Source: a virus (Duplodnaviria; Heunggongvirae; Uroviricota; Caudoviricetes). From it: a stretch of DNA of 64,000 bases. The DNA lies in the IMG/VR virus record IMGVR_UViG_3300044796_000394. One strand, 5' to 3'. Both the position numbers and the translations under genes were made by a program. The notes beneath the pieces are model-generated. The model had not been told where the DNA came from and searched no databases. It saw only the letters and a program-made list of their open reading frames with translations. How positions within the stretch are numbered: the first letter of the stretch is position 1; each line of letters begins with the position of its first letter. Shown piece by piece: positions 56,387 to 64,000 of the stretch.

Positions 56387-57322
56387 ATGGCTATTGACTT
56401 AGGTACTTTACAACAAGAATTCACGAGAATTGGCACACAAGGCGGCGGTTCATCTAACTTTTTAGATAACTTCGTTCCGATGCCAGAAGGCGAAGGCAGT
56501 ATCGTTCTGCGATTACTTCCCCCCACAGAAGGTCTTAACGGCTTACCCTGTGCTAGAACTCGCACTCACAAATTGAATAATAAGACATTTCACTCACCTC
56601 TCCAACTTGTAAATGGTAAATGGCTCGGCAACTGCCCCATTAACAATTACTATCGTTCGCTGTGGAAGCAATCAGAAACTGCATCTGCCGAAGAAGCTAA
56701 GGCACTCCAAGCGGAAGCCCGAAGCATCAAGCCCGTAGAACGCTATTACTTCAATGCGATTATTCGTTCAGCGACGAGCAAGAGCGGCGAAACCCTTCAC
56801 AATGTCGGCCCGAAGATTTACTCTTGTGGCAAGCAAGTTTGGGAAAAGATTCTCCGTGCGATTATCGGTGCTCCTGAAGTAGATGAACCGGGATTGGGCG
56901 ATATTACCGATCTGCATACTGGTCGGGACTTCAAGATCATCAAGAGATTAGTTAAGAGTGGTTCGGAAGCATATCCAAACTACACCGAATCTAAGTTCTT
57001 GGCTCCTTCGGCTGCTGGTACGGAAGCCGACATTGCTGCTTGGATGGCAAATCGCCACAACCTCGCATCCTTGATTACGGTCAAGACCTTCGATGAATTG
57101 GCCAAAGAAGTCAGAGTTCACCGTGGATTGGAAAAAGATCCTGATCTGGCTTTTGATGGTGGTACGCCAACGCCTGTCGTTGAAACCCGTGCCCAACCAC
57201 AAGCTCCACGGAACGTAGCTCCTCAGCGTCCAGTAGTCGCCCCTCAACCGGTTGCTGCTGTTAACGATGATGAAGACTTCGGTGTCGGTGATGAATTCTT
57301 CCAGAAGCTAAGGAACCTGTAA
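56387..57322 (+). CDS. Single-stranded DNA-binding protein (T4 gp32-like)
   Basis: LRLLPP, CPI..YY..LW, RYYFNAI, PKIYSCGK, GRDFKI, YPNY..SKF, acidic C-tail. Confidence 0.82.
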   Translation: MAIDLGTLQQEFTRIGTQGGGSSNFLDNFVPMPEGEGSIVLRLLPPTEGLNGLPCARTRTHKLNNKTFHSPLQLVNGKWLGNCPINNYYRSLWKQSETASAEEAKALQAEARSIKPVERYYFNAIIRSATSKSGETLHNVGPKIYSCGKQVWEKILRAIIGAPEVDEPGLGDITDLHTGRDFKIIKRLVKSGSEAYPNYTESKFLAPSAAGTEADIAAWMANRHNLASLITVKTFDELAKEVRVHRGLEKDPDLAFDGGTPTPVVETRAQPQAPRNVAPQRPVVAPQPVAAVNDDEDFGVGDEFFQKLRNL

Positions 57323-57323
57323 G

Positions 57324-57722
57324 ATGAAGTTGAGCTACACAATATTGGTAGACTCATCAATCATCAAGGACGAAACCAACAAAAATACCGCTGTTGAAGT
57401 TACTGCTCAATTAAGTGCAACTCCCGATAGAACATGGACTAGCTTGTTTGCGGGAGAAGCTTCACGACTTTTGAGTTATGACAAACATACACATGGTTTT
57501 GTGGGTAATGATGGTCTAATCATTTTGACATTGCCTCTTACGGATCGTTGGCTTGATAATGTGAATGATTATCTTTCAAAGGTGATCAACACTACCAACA
57601 GTGCTTATGCGGCTTGGCAAACGGAAGCTAATAGAATAATTGCTGCCGTCAAACAAATTACGAATGAAAATCGCAAAATGTTTGAAGTAGGCAAATCTTC
57701 CCGAAAAAATATTAATGATTAA
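57324..57722 (+). CDS. Hypothetical protein
   Basis: Operon tiling. Confidence 0.55.
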   Translation: MKLSYTILVDSSIIKDETNKNTAVEVTAQLSATPDRTWTSLFAGEASRLLSYDKHTHGFVGNDGLIILTLPLTDRWLDNVNDYLSKVINTTNSAYAAWQTEANRIIAAVKQITNENRKMFEVGKSSRKNIND

Positions 57723-58560
57723 ACACTGCGATGTATTGGAAGGATTACGGGAATTGCCGCATCGTAGCGCAGACATTGTATTGGTAGATCCGCCATACAA
57801 TATCGGAAAAGATTTCGGTACAACTAAAGACAAGCTGGACATTGACGAGTATGTCAATTGGTGTTCCCTATGGCTCTCTGAATGCGATAGGATACTTAAG
57901 CCGTCTGGCACGCTTTACGTTTACGGATTTCCTGAAATACTTGCTCACTTATCAGTTAAGTTCCCGATGCAACATCGGTGGCTGATATGGCATTATAAAA
58001 ACAAAACCACACCGACATTCAAGTTTTGGCAACGAAGTTTTGAAGCAATCTTATGCGGGTGGAAAGACGACAAAGAACGCATCTTCAATCTGGACGACGT
58101 AAGGGAACCATATACGGAAACCTTTTTGAAGAATGCAGCCGGTAAAACCCGAAAAGGCACAGCAGGCAGGTTCGGAAGCGATAAGGAAACCGTGTACACC
58201 GCTCACAGTGGCGGTGCTTTACCGAGAGATATGATTGAGTGTCCCGCACTGGCCGGTGGTGCGGGATTGGCAGAAAGATGGTTTTATTGTAAGACTTGCG
58301 ACGACGCTTTTCCAAATCCAGCTAAGGCTGATCATGAAAGCCACGAAACGATTCAGCATCCTACACAAAAACCATCTTGTATCACCAGAAAATTATTAAC
58401 AGCCGCCAAACCACCGAAAGATGGTTTGGTGGTTATTCCGTTTATCGGCTCCGGAGCGGAATGTGTAATAGCCAAGCAATTAGGCATGAGTTATTACGGA
58501 TTTGACATCAACGAAGATTACATCAAGTTGGCAACTAAATTTTTACAACACGCAGTTTAA
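57715..58560 (+). CDS. DNA methyltransferase (N4/N6, beta-class order)
   Basis: DPPYNIG, HPTQKP, IPFIGSG. Confidence 0.9.
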   Translation: MIKHCDVLEGLRELPHRSADIVLVDPPYNIGKDFGTTKDKLDIDEYVNWCSLWLSECDRILKPSGTLYVYGFPEILAHLSVKFPMQHRWLIWHYKNKTTPTFKFWQRSFEAILCGWKDDKERIFNLDDVREPYTETFLKNAAGKTRKGTAGRFGSDKETVYTAHSGGALPRDMIECPALAGGAGLAERWFYCKTCDDAFPNPAKADHESHETIQHPTQKPSCITRKLLTAAKPPKDGLVVIPFIGSGAECVIAKQLGMSYYGFDINEDYIKLATKFLQHAV

Positions 58561-58562
58561 CT

Positions 58563-59141
58563 ATGAGCAATTTATTCGCAAAATACGATCATTTGAATTT
58601 CAAAGAACGACTAGATCGTGGCAAGAAATTTGAAGAGATTATTGACTCGGTTCTCTTACCAATGAACCGCAAAATCAAGCAGTCTACTCTCAACGAAGAC
58701 ATGCACGAGAAGATCGACCGCATCGAAGAACTTCCTGACGGTACAACAAGAAAACTCGCCTACAAAGCCAGAACATCGGGTGACGACATCCTCTTGGATT
58801 TGTATGAACCATTCTATGGCATCGACAATACAGCAACTCGTCCCGGTCGTGACCTCATATCCCCTTATGATAGATATTTTTGCTTAGAGCGTGGTGGTGG
58901 CAACCTGCGAGAAATCGATGGCGCTGTCCAGAAAATGCGTATCAAGGAAGTCTTAACTGAATGGGCTGATTGTAGCTACTTTTTGAGCCGTGGATGGTTC
59001 AACAGTGTCAGAGTCCCAGGTATCAGCTTAAAGTATCACGTCGATAAGAGCAACGATAGGCCGAAGATCATAATGTTCATCAAGCCAAGCGTCTACAAAG
59101 AAAACGAAGAAATCTGGTATTATAAGGTTAATAATGAGTGA
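58563..59141 (+). CDS. Hypothetical protein, possible PD-(D/E)xK nuclease
   Basis: GKKFEE...EKIDRI...LAYKAR pattern; lies between two MTases. Confidence 0.4.
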   Translation: MSNLFAKYDHLNFKERLDRGKKFEEIIDSVLLPMNRKIKQSTLNEDMHEKIDRIEELPDGTTRKLAYKARTSGDDILLDLYEPFYGIDNTATRPGRDLISPYDRYFCLERGGGNLREIDGAVQKMRIKEVLTEWADCSYFLSRGWFNSVRVPGISLKYHVDKSNDRPKIIMFIKPSVYKENEEIWYYKVNNE

Positions 59142-60294
59142 ATTGCGACAGAAGACTTTGAACATCATGGGACAATTGAAGATCGAAGATAGAAAAAGAC
59201 TCGGCCAGTATTTCACACCAGAACATATCCGCCATGTTGCTTTCAATACACTCCCACAATATGACTTCAAAAAGATATTAGAGCCTTCGTTTGGTACTGG
59301 CGAATTCCTAGAGGATTTAGCCTTACGATACCCGGACTCGGCCATAGATGGTTATGAAATCGATCCCGCACTATTCAACGAGATGGCATGGGATAAGGGT
59401 ACGTTAACTCTCGGTGATTTCTTGAAGAACGATATTCCCGACGACACCTACGATTTGGTCATCGGGAATCCTCCGTACTTCCAAGTACAAGAATACGATC
59501 AAAAGTTTAATACCGTAGTCAACGGTCGGCCCAACATATTCTCATTCTTCTTTCAAGAAGGCATCAGAGTATTGAGGGACGGCGGTTGGCTTGTTTACGT
59601 TATCCCTACCAGTATGTGCACAGGGAAATACTTTCTTAATTTAAGAAAGCACATCGAGGAGTATTGTGGTGTCAAAGCCATCGTTAACTTTGATGACAGT
59701 GAGTTTGAAAATGCTCTACAGTCTGTAATTGTTCTAACACTTCAAAAAGGGTTTGAAAGTCAGAAGAATTTGGTGTATGGTGATGACTTCAAATTCAATT
59801 ACAACGGTGACGACATCATAGAGAAATCCCAGAGTGGCAAAACCTTAAACCAATTAGGGTTTCATGTCAAAACGGGTAATCTCGTCTGGAACCAGCATAA
59901 AGAAGAATTGACCGATGTAGCCGAAGACAACATTAAGTTGCTTTGGTCACACAATGTCAGCAAGGAAAATATCCTTACCGATCAAACCAAAAAACCGCAG
60001 TACGTGCTAAACAGGATGCGTGACAAGATTACGCCTTACCAAGCACCGGCAATTGTTGCCAAGCGGACATTGGGAGCAGTCGGTAAGGGTACTCTCAACG
60101 CTTGTTTGATTGAAAGCGGCGAGTTTTATGCTGAAAATCATTTGAATGTTATAACTCACAAAGACCATACACAACTGCCAGTGCTATTGAACGAATTAAC
60201 TAAGCCATCAACTTCCGAACTAGCTAGAAGGATCACGGGAAACACCCAATTATCGAAAACGGAATTGATGTACTTACTTCCATTGGCATTATGA
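59134..60294 (+). CDS. N6-adenine DNA methyltransferase (TaqI/Eco57I-like, gamma class)
   Basis: LGQYFTP, LEPSFGTGEF, IGNPPY, C-terminal ENHLNVI...GNTQLSKTEL. Confidence 0.88.
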   Translation: MSELRQKTLNIMGQLKIEDRKRLGQYFTPEHIRHVAFNTLPQYDFKKILEPSFGTGEFLEDLALRYPDSAIDGYEIDPALFNEMAWDKGTLTLGDFLKNDIPDDTYDLVIGNPPYFQVQEYDQKFNTVVNGRPNIFSFFFQEGIRVLRDGGWLVYVIPTSMCTGKYFLNLRKHIEEYCGVKAIVNFDDSEFENALQSVIVLTLQKGFESQKNLVYGDDFKFNYNGDDIIEKSQSGKTLNQLGFHVKTGNLVWNQHKEELTDVAEDNIKLLWSHNVSKENILTDQTKKPQYVLNRMRDKITPYQAPAIVAKRTLGAVGKGTLNACLIESGEFYAENHLNVITHKDHTQLPVLLNELTKPSTSELARRITGNTQLSKTELMYLLPLAL

Positions 60295-60875
60295 TCGAAA
60301 AAATACTGAACGTTTTTGAGACTTATGTTTCAAGGAACGACAAATTGAGCGGTACCTACCAAACCAAAGATACCGATCAGGAAAAAGAAATTTGCGACCT
60401 GCTATTGAGATCCGGCGTTCCTTATCTGGGCCACGGAAGTCAAGAGTACAAGAAAAGCAATCCGATGACGGACGGTTTTTATACGCAACCACATGGCACC
60501 CAAAACAATCCCGATATTGTCATACATCATCAGGGTAAAAGTTTAGGTATTAGTTGTAAATCGGCGAAAGATACGATCTGCTTCAATAGCACTCGACCGA
60601 ATCCCGATGTGGTTTATGTGATTGACAATGGCAATCATCGATGTGTTCAAACTGGCAGTGAAATCGTTTCGGAAGCAGAAGATTTAATATTTAAAGAGTA
60701 CGAGAATGAATTGAAAGAACTTTGCGGCAAAATCAAAGATCGTCTCAAAGAGGTGAAATCCAAAATAGTTGTATATGAGCGCAAAGCATATTACGCTAAT
60801 ACGAAATTGAAAACCACCAATTTGAACACCATACAAAACCACTTAAAGAATAAACTTAAAGGAAATAATGACTAA
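60291..60875 (+). CDS. Putative PD-(D/E)xK restriction-type endonuclease
   Basis: QPHGTQNNPDIVI...GISCKS...FNS..P; ATGA overlap with the MTase. Confidence 0.55.
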   Translation: MIEKILNVFETYVSRNDKLSGTYQTKDTDQEKEICDLLLRSGVPYLGHGSQEYKKSNPMTDGFYTQPHGTQNNPDIVIHHQGKSLGISCKSAKDTICFNSTRPNPDVVYVIDNGNHRCVQTGSEIVSEAEDLIFKEYENELKELCGKIKDRLKEVKSKIVVYERKAYYANTKLKTTNLNTIQNHLKNKLKGNND

Positions 60876-62064
60876 AAAGAAAAAGAATGAAGACAACGCA
60901 GAACTCCACGCCAATTTGTTTGCGGAAATCAGTAAGGGTATCGGGGGCGAACTCCTAGAAGATCGTGATAAGAACGCTTGGGGATTCATCGATACCGGCA
61001 TCTTGGGACTTAACTACATCTTATCCGGTAAATTCATCGGCGGCGGCGTTCAAGCCGGTGCCTGTGTTGAAATCCTCGGAAACAGCTCGTCCTGTAAATC
61101 CCTCTTGGGAACCAATATTCTCCGTGGCGTACAGACCGCTAATGGCATTCCTGTGATGTTGGATGCCGAACGGACAATCAGTAAGGACTTCGCCAAAAAG
61201 GCCAGCAGAATCGATCCTAATCGCTTTATCGTGGTGGAAGCCGATACGCTGGAAATGTGCTTTAACAAGATCCATACAACCATCCGCAATGTCCGTGATA
61301 CGATGAAGGTACCGATGCGGTCGCCTTTGGCTATTGTCTATGACAGTATTGCCGTATCGCCGTCTGAAAGAGAATTTGCCGAAACGGACTTGGATCTAGA
61401 GCATGCAACCGAAGCCGAAAAGAAAGCAGCGGGAGCCGGTGCTGATAAGCCGGGTGAACGTGCCAAGATTTGTTCCAAGGAACTTCGCAAGATTCCGCCA
61501 ATTCTCAGTGCTAACAACTGTTTGCTGGTTATTATCAATCAGTTGCGTACTAAGATCGGCGTAATGTATGGCGATCCCGATACGGCTGCTGGTGGTGGTC
61601 GTGCCTTGGAATACTACACGAGCGCAAGATTGAAGACGTTTAGCAGCAAACAGATCAAAGATGGTTTGGGCAAGGTTATTGGGATCAATTTAAACGTTAA
61701 GTGTATCAAGAATAAGTGTCACATGCCATTCGGTCAAGTTAACGCTTTGAGAGTGTTCTTTAACAAGGGCATCGATCCATTCGGTGGATTGTTGGAATTG
61801 TTGCAACAGAATGGTCGTATTGTTGCTTGTAAGCCTGCTGGAACTTATCAAATTGCCGAACCGTTTGCTGGCGGTAAGGAGATTAAGTTCAAGAGTTCCA
61901 AGGAACGTAATGATGTACCGGCTTCGGTATTGTTGGAATGCCCTGCTGTTGTGGACGCAGATTCCCCAGAACAAGTGCAGTACTATATCGATATGTTTGG
62001 CGAAGCACTCAGCGCTGTTGAGAATGACATGGGTTCGGAAGTGGATATGCCAGTTGAGGAATAA
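60868..62064 (+). CDS. RecA/UvsX recombinase
   Basis: IDTG...LNYILSG, VEILG.SS.KS, LDAE, IVYDSIA, IINQLRTKIG, GGRALEYYTS. Confidence 0.9.
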   Translation: MTKKKKNEDNAELHANLFAEISKGIGGELLEDRDKNAWGFIDTGILGLNYILSGKFIGGGVQAGACVEILGNSSSCKSLLGTNILRGVQTANGIPVMLDAERTISKDFAKKASRIDPNRFIVVEADTLEMCFNKIHTTIRNVRDTMKVPMRSPLAIVYDSIAVSPSEREFAETDLDLEHATEAEKKAAGAGADKPGERAKICSKELRKIPPILSANNCLLVIINQLRTKIGVMYGDPDTAAGGGRALEYYTSARLKTFSSKQIKDGLGKVIGINLNVKCIKNKCHMPFGQVNALRVFFNKGIDPFGGLLELLQQNGRIVACKPAGTYQIAEPFAGGKEIKFKSSKERNDVPASVLLECPAVVDADSPEQVQYYIDMFGEALSAVENDMGSEVDMPVEE

Positions 62065-62067
62065 TAA

Positions 62068-62385
62068 ATGACAAAAAATGATATGATTGAAGTGGCTGGA
62101 ATTCTTGAAACTATCAAAGACGGTCGAAAATATCAGCCGGGGATGAGACAAGCAGGAATTCAAGTTGACGATGGGCATGGAACAGGATTAGTTAAATGGA
62201 ATACTAGAAATTCTGCCTTTTGTGTTCTTGATTTGTATTGGGACTCGATGTCAGAAAGACCAAAAAACATCAAGGATTTGATTGGCAAAACTGCTGTCAT
62301 TAAAGATGATTTGCCGATTTCACAAGGTATTATAGAATTGAGTCATCATGCCAAAAATGGATTGTGGTTGAGATTCAAAAAGTGA
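62068..62385 (+). CDS. Hypothetical protein
   Basis: GAGG SD; followed by a terminator. Confidence 0.6.
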   Translation: MTKNDMIEVAGILETIKDGRKYQPGMRQAGIQVDDGHGTGLVKWNTRNSAFCVLDLYWDSMSERPKNIKDLIGKTAVIKDDLPISQGIIELSHHAKNGLWLRFKK

Positions 62386-62390
62386 ATAAT

Positions 62391-62420
62391 AAAAACGCCG
62401 GTCAATGACCGGCGTTTTTT
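62391..62420. terminator. Intrinsic terminator
   Basis: AAAAACGCCGGTCA-A-TGACCGGCGTTTTTT. Confidence 0.88.
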
Positions 62421-62449
62421 GTTTTAAATCATTAAGTCTAAATATCTTC

Positions 62450-63925
62450 ATGAATGTGCTGAATGAAGCTGTTAAGGGTATTCAAGACCTCCTAAAAACT
62501 CACAATATTATACATATTGGTGTTATGGGTATGTGGGATACGTATTATGCCTCATCACCTAAACCCGGTGAACAACCAACCGGAAAAGTTGTACAAGGCA
62601 AGCCTAATCCGTTAATATTACAGAAGCTCAATTCAATTACGACGGAAGCGGCACAACGATTGGGCAGTGTTGGTTTCCGTAGTCAGCGGGCGATATTGTG
62701 TATTGTTGATCAGAAGGAAATGCGAACCAATCATATCACTGGATCTACTGGTTGGGGTGGCTATGCCAGTAGATCAAACCACTTTATGGTTTTGGATTTA
62801 CAGAGAATTGATACCGAAGGTTTGGTACATGAACATGCTCACATGTATTGGTTCATGATGTCCAAACCTGCCAAGGAAATCTTTGAAAACTGGTACAGAA
62901 AAACAGTTAATGCCAACAAAGAAGATTTTGCCAAAACTCAAAACAAGTTAACACCCGAAGATCAGAACAAGGCAAAAGAAGATTTCATGAAGAGGGCGGG
63001 AAGCTTTGCCCGATCTGTCATTGAAACTTTGGCAATGGATACGCACAATTCCAGTCCTGATCATTATTTCAACTTGGCGGCGGCTCATGAATCGGGTGAC
63101 GAACAAGCAATGTTGCGACGGGCATTGATGACAAGACATAGTGCCAATGTTTATGGAACACTGCTTAAGCCTCTGGCAGTTGGTGATACGTCTTACGGAT
63201 ATGCAACACAGCGACTTGAACCCGGCGAAAAAGTTAAGATTGGGTATTATGGCGGCAAGTATATTATCATGTGGTATCCGCCAAACGACAAATATAGAAG
63301 TTTAGAACACCCAAAATCGTTTACTGACGATCAAATGAGCGAATTAGTGAAGATTGATCCCAAGTCATTAACACCTGAACAAAAAGAAGCATATAAAAAG
63401 AATGTTGCTTTGGCCAAGAAGCCGCCCGTATCGTTCTTTGCGTCACCTGCGATGAAGAAAAAGGTAGAGGAAGTATTCACAAAGGAATTCAATAATTTTC
63501 TCAATAACTATGGCCACAACCAAATGAAATATTCTGCTCGTTTGAGTGTTTCTGGAATTTTTAGTTCGTTCATGTCAAAGTTGAGGATGCGAAAAGCTAA
63601 ACTCAAAACTTTAACCGATGTTGAAGATGTTTTGATTGAAGTGATGAAGGCCAAGTTCTACGCTGGTACAATCGATTTCGCCGATGAAACATCAAAGGAA
63701 AGATACGGCCAAGAAAAGAGCAAGGTGGCTATTCAAGGTGTAAGTAAACCAGAAGGGGCCGGGTTCAGAGATTATATGCATCGTAACAGCAATTTGCCGT
63801 CTTCTTACGCAGCGGCTAACGTTGATGAATTGTGGGCTGAGACGGTGGATTTTGCGACTAGAAACATTCGTGGGATAAATCCGGAATTACGTTCTATGTT
63901 GATGAAAGTTCTTTCGATGAGATAA
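62450..63925 (+). CDS. Large hypothetical protein with HExxH motif (possible zincin)
   Basis: LVHEHAH and distal N.DELWAE; start moved to ATG 62450 because 62405 lies inside the terminator. Confidence 0.6.
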   Translation: MNVLNEAVKGIQDLLKTHNIIHIGVMGMWDTYYASSPKPGEQPTGKVVQGKPNPLILQKLNSITTEAAQRLGSVGFRSQRAILCIVDQKEMRTNHITGSTGWGGYASRSNHFMVLDLQRIDTEGLVHEHAHMYWFMMSKPAKEIFENWYRKTVNANKEDFAKTQNKLTPEDQNKAKEDFMKRAGSFARSVIETLAMDTHNSSPDHYFNLAAAHESGDEQAMLRRALMTRHSANVYGTLLKPLAVGDTSYGYATQRLEPGEKVKIGYYGGKYIIMWYPPNDKYRSLEHPKSFTDDQMSELVKIDPKSLTPEQKEAYKKNVALAKKPPVSFFASPAMKKKVEEVFTKEFNNFLNNYGHNQMKYSARLSVSGIFSSFMSKLRMRKAKLKTLTDVEDVLIEVMKAKFYAGTIDFADETSKERYGQEKSKVAIQGVSKPEGAGFRDYMHRNSNLPSSYAAANVDELWAETVDFATRNIRGINPELRSMLMKVLSMR

Positions 63926-64000
63926 CTCAATTATTTCATGCAAAGAACCATCTTCGATTATATCGACGTTAAGCGTCTCCCTAAGTGCCTTTGTGTCATT

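Noticed and set aside
1067-61538. Numerous 60-170-aa ORFs antisense to or nested in larger genes (e.g. 5656, 6138, 23400, 27051, 43168)
   Set aside because: Shadow frames of well-supported genes; no motifs or RBS
62405-62449. ORF-track start at 62405
   Set aside because: The ATG lies inside the terminator hairpin; ATG 62450 after CTAAATA is more plausible
1-64000. Alternative genetic code (stop-codon reassignment)
   Set aside because: Recognisable genes are full-length under code 11 and tile tightly; no systematic in-frame stops seen
1-64000. Cellular (bacterial) origin of the window
   Set aside because: The gp32-like SSB, gp41-like helicase, lack of housekeeping operon structure and many small orphan ORFs favour a large phage; not formally excluded without capsid or terminase genes

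Overview
The window looks like a gene-dense segment of a very large (jumbo/huge) dsDNA phage genome; the host cannot be determined from the sequence. Genes run mostly on the minus strand to about 47 kb and mostly on the plus strand after about 49.9 kb. There is no rRNA, canonical tRNA or CRISPR array. Replication genes: DnaB/gp41-like helicase, gp32-like SSB, RecA/UvsX, a UvsY-like protein, a short family-A polymerase and a PHP-less DnaE. Translation genes: IF3, bS21, TyrRS, a single-chain organellar-type PheRS and a stand-alone EF-Tu domain III. RNA-repair genes: Ro60/TROVE, RNA ligase, an RlaP-like nucleotidyltransferase and a CYTH protein. Glycan/envelope enzymes: LpxA-like, GT2, two GT9-like, a DegT + Gfo/Idh/MocA pair, SDR and sulfotransferase. 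There are also three DNA methyltransferases (two interleaved with putative nucleases), metabolic genes (ThDP decarboxylase, PurN, dCMP deaminase) and many hypothetical ORFs. Highlights from reading the DNA by hand: (1) a ~146-nt permuted tRNA-like RNA (YrlA/Y-RNA topology) directly downstream of the Ro60 gene, followed by a second structured RNA; (2) six tandem paralogous small Sm/Hfq-like beta-barrel genes, five of them ending in a repeated GTGGAGATTCTYGATG junction that serves as coding sequence, Shine-Dalgarno and next start codon; (3) probable AUU starts on the phage IF3 gene and on a CYTH gene truncated in the ORF track; (4) a 35-aa peptide gene with type I toxin-like architecture, missed by the ORF track; (5) a recurring TAAATA motif just upstream of several starts plus a gp55-sized sigma-like gene. 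All protein calls come from motif recognition by eye; no database search or folding program was run.
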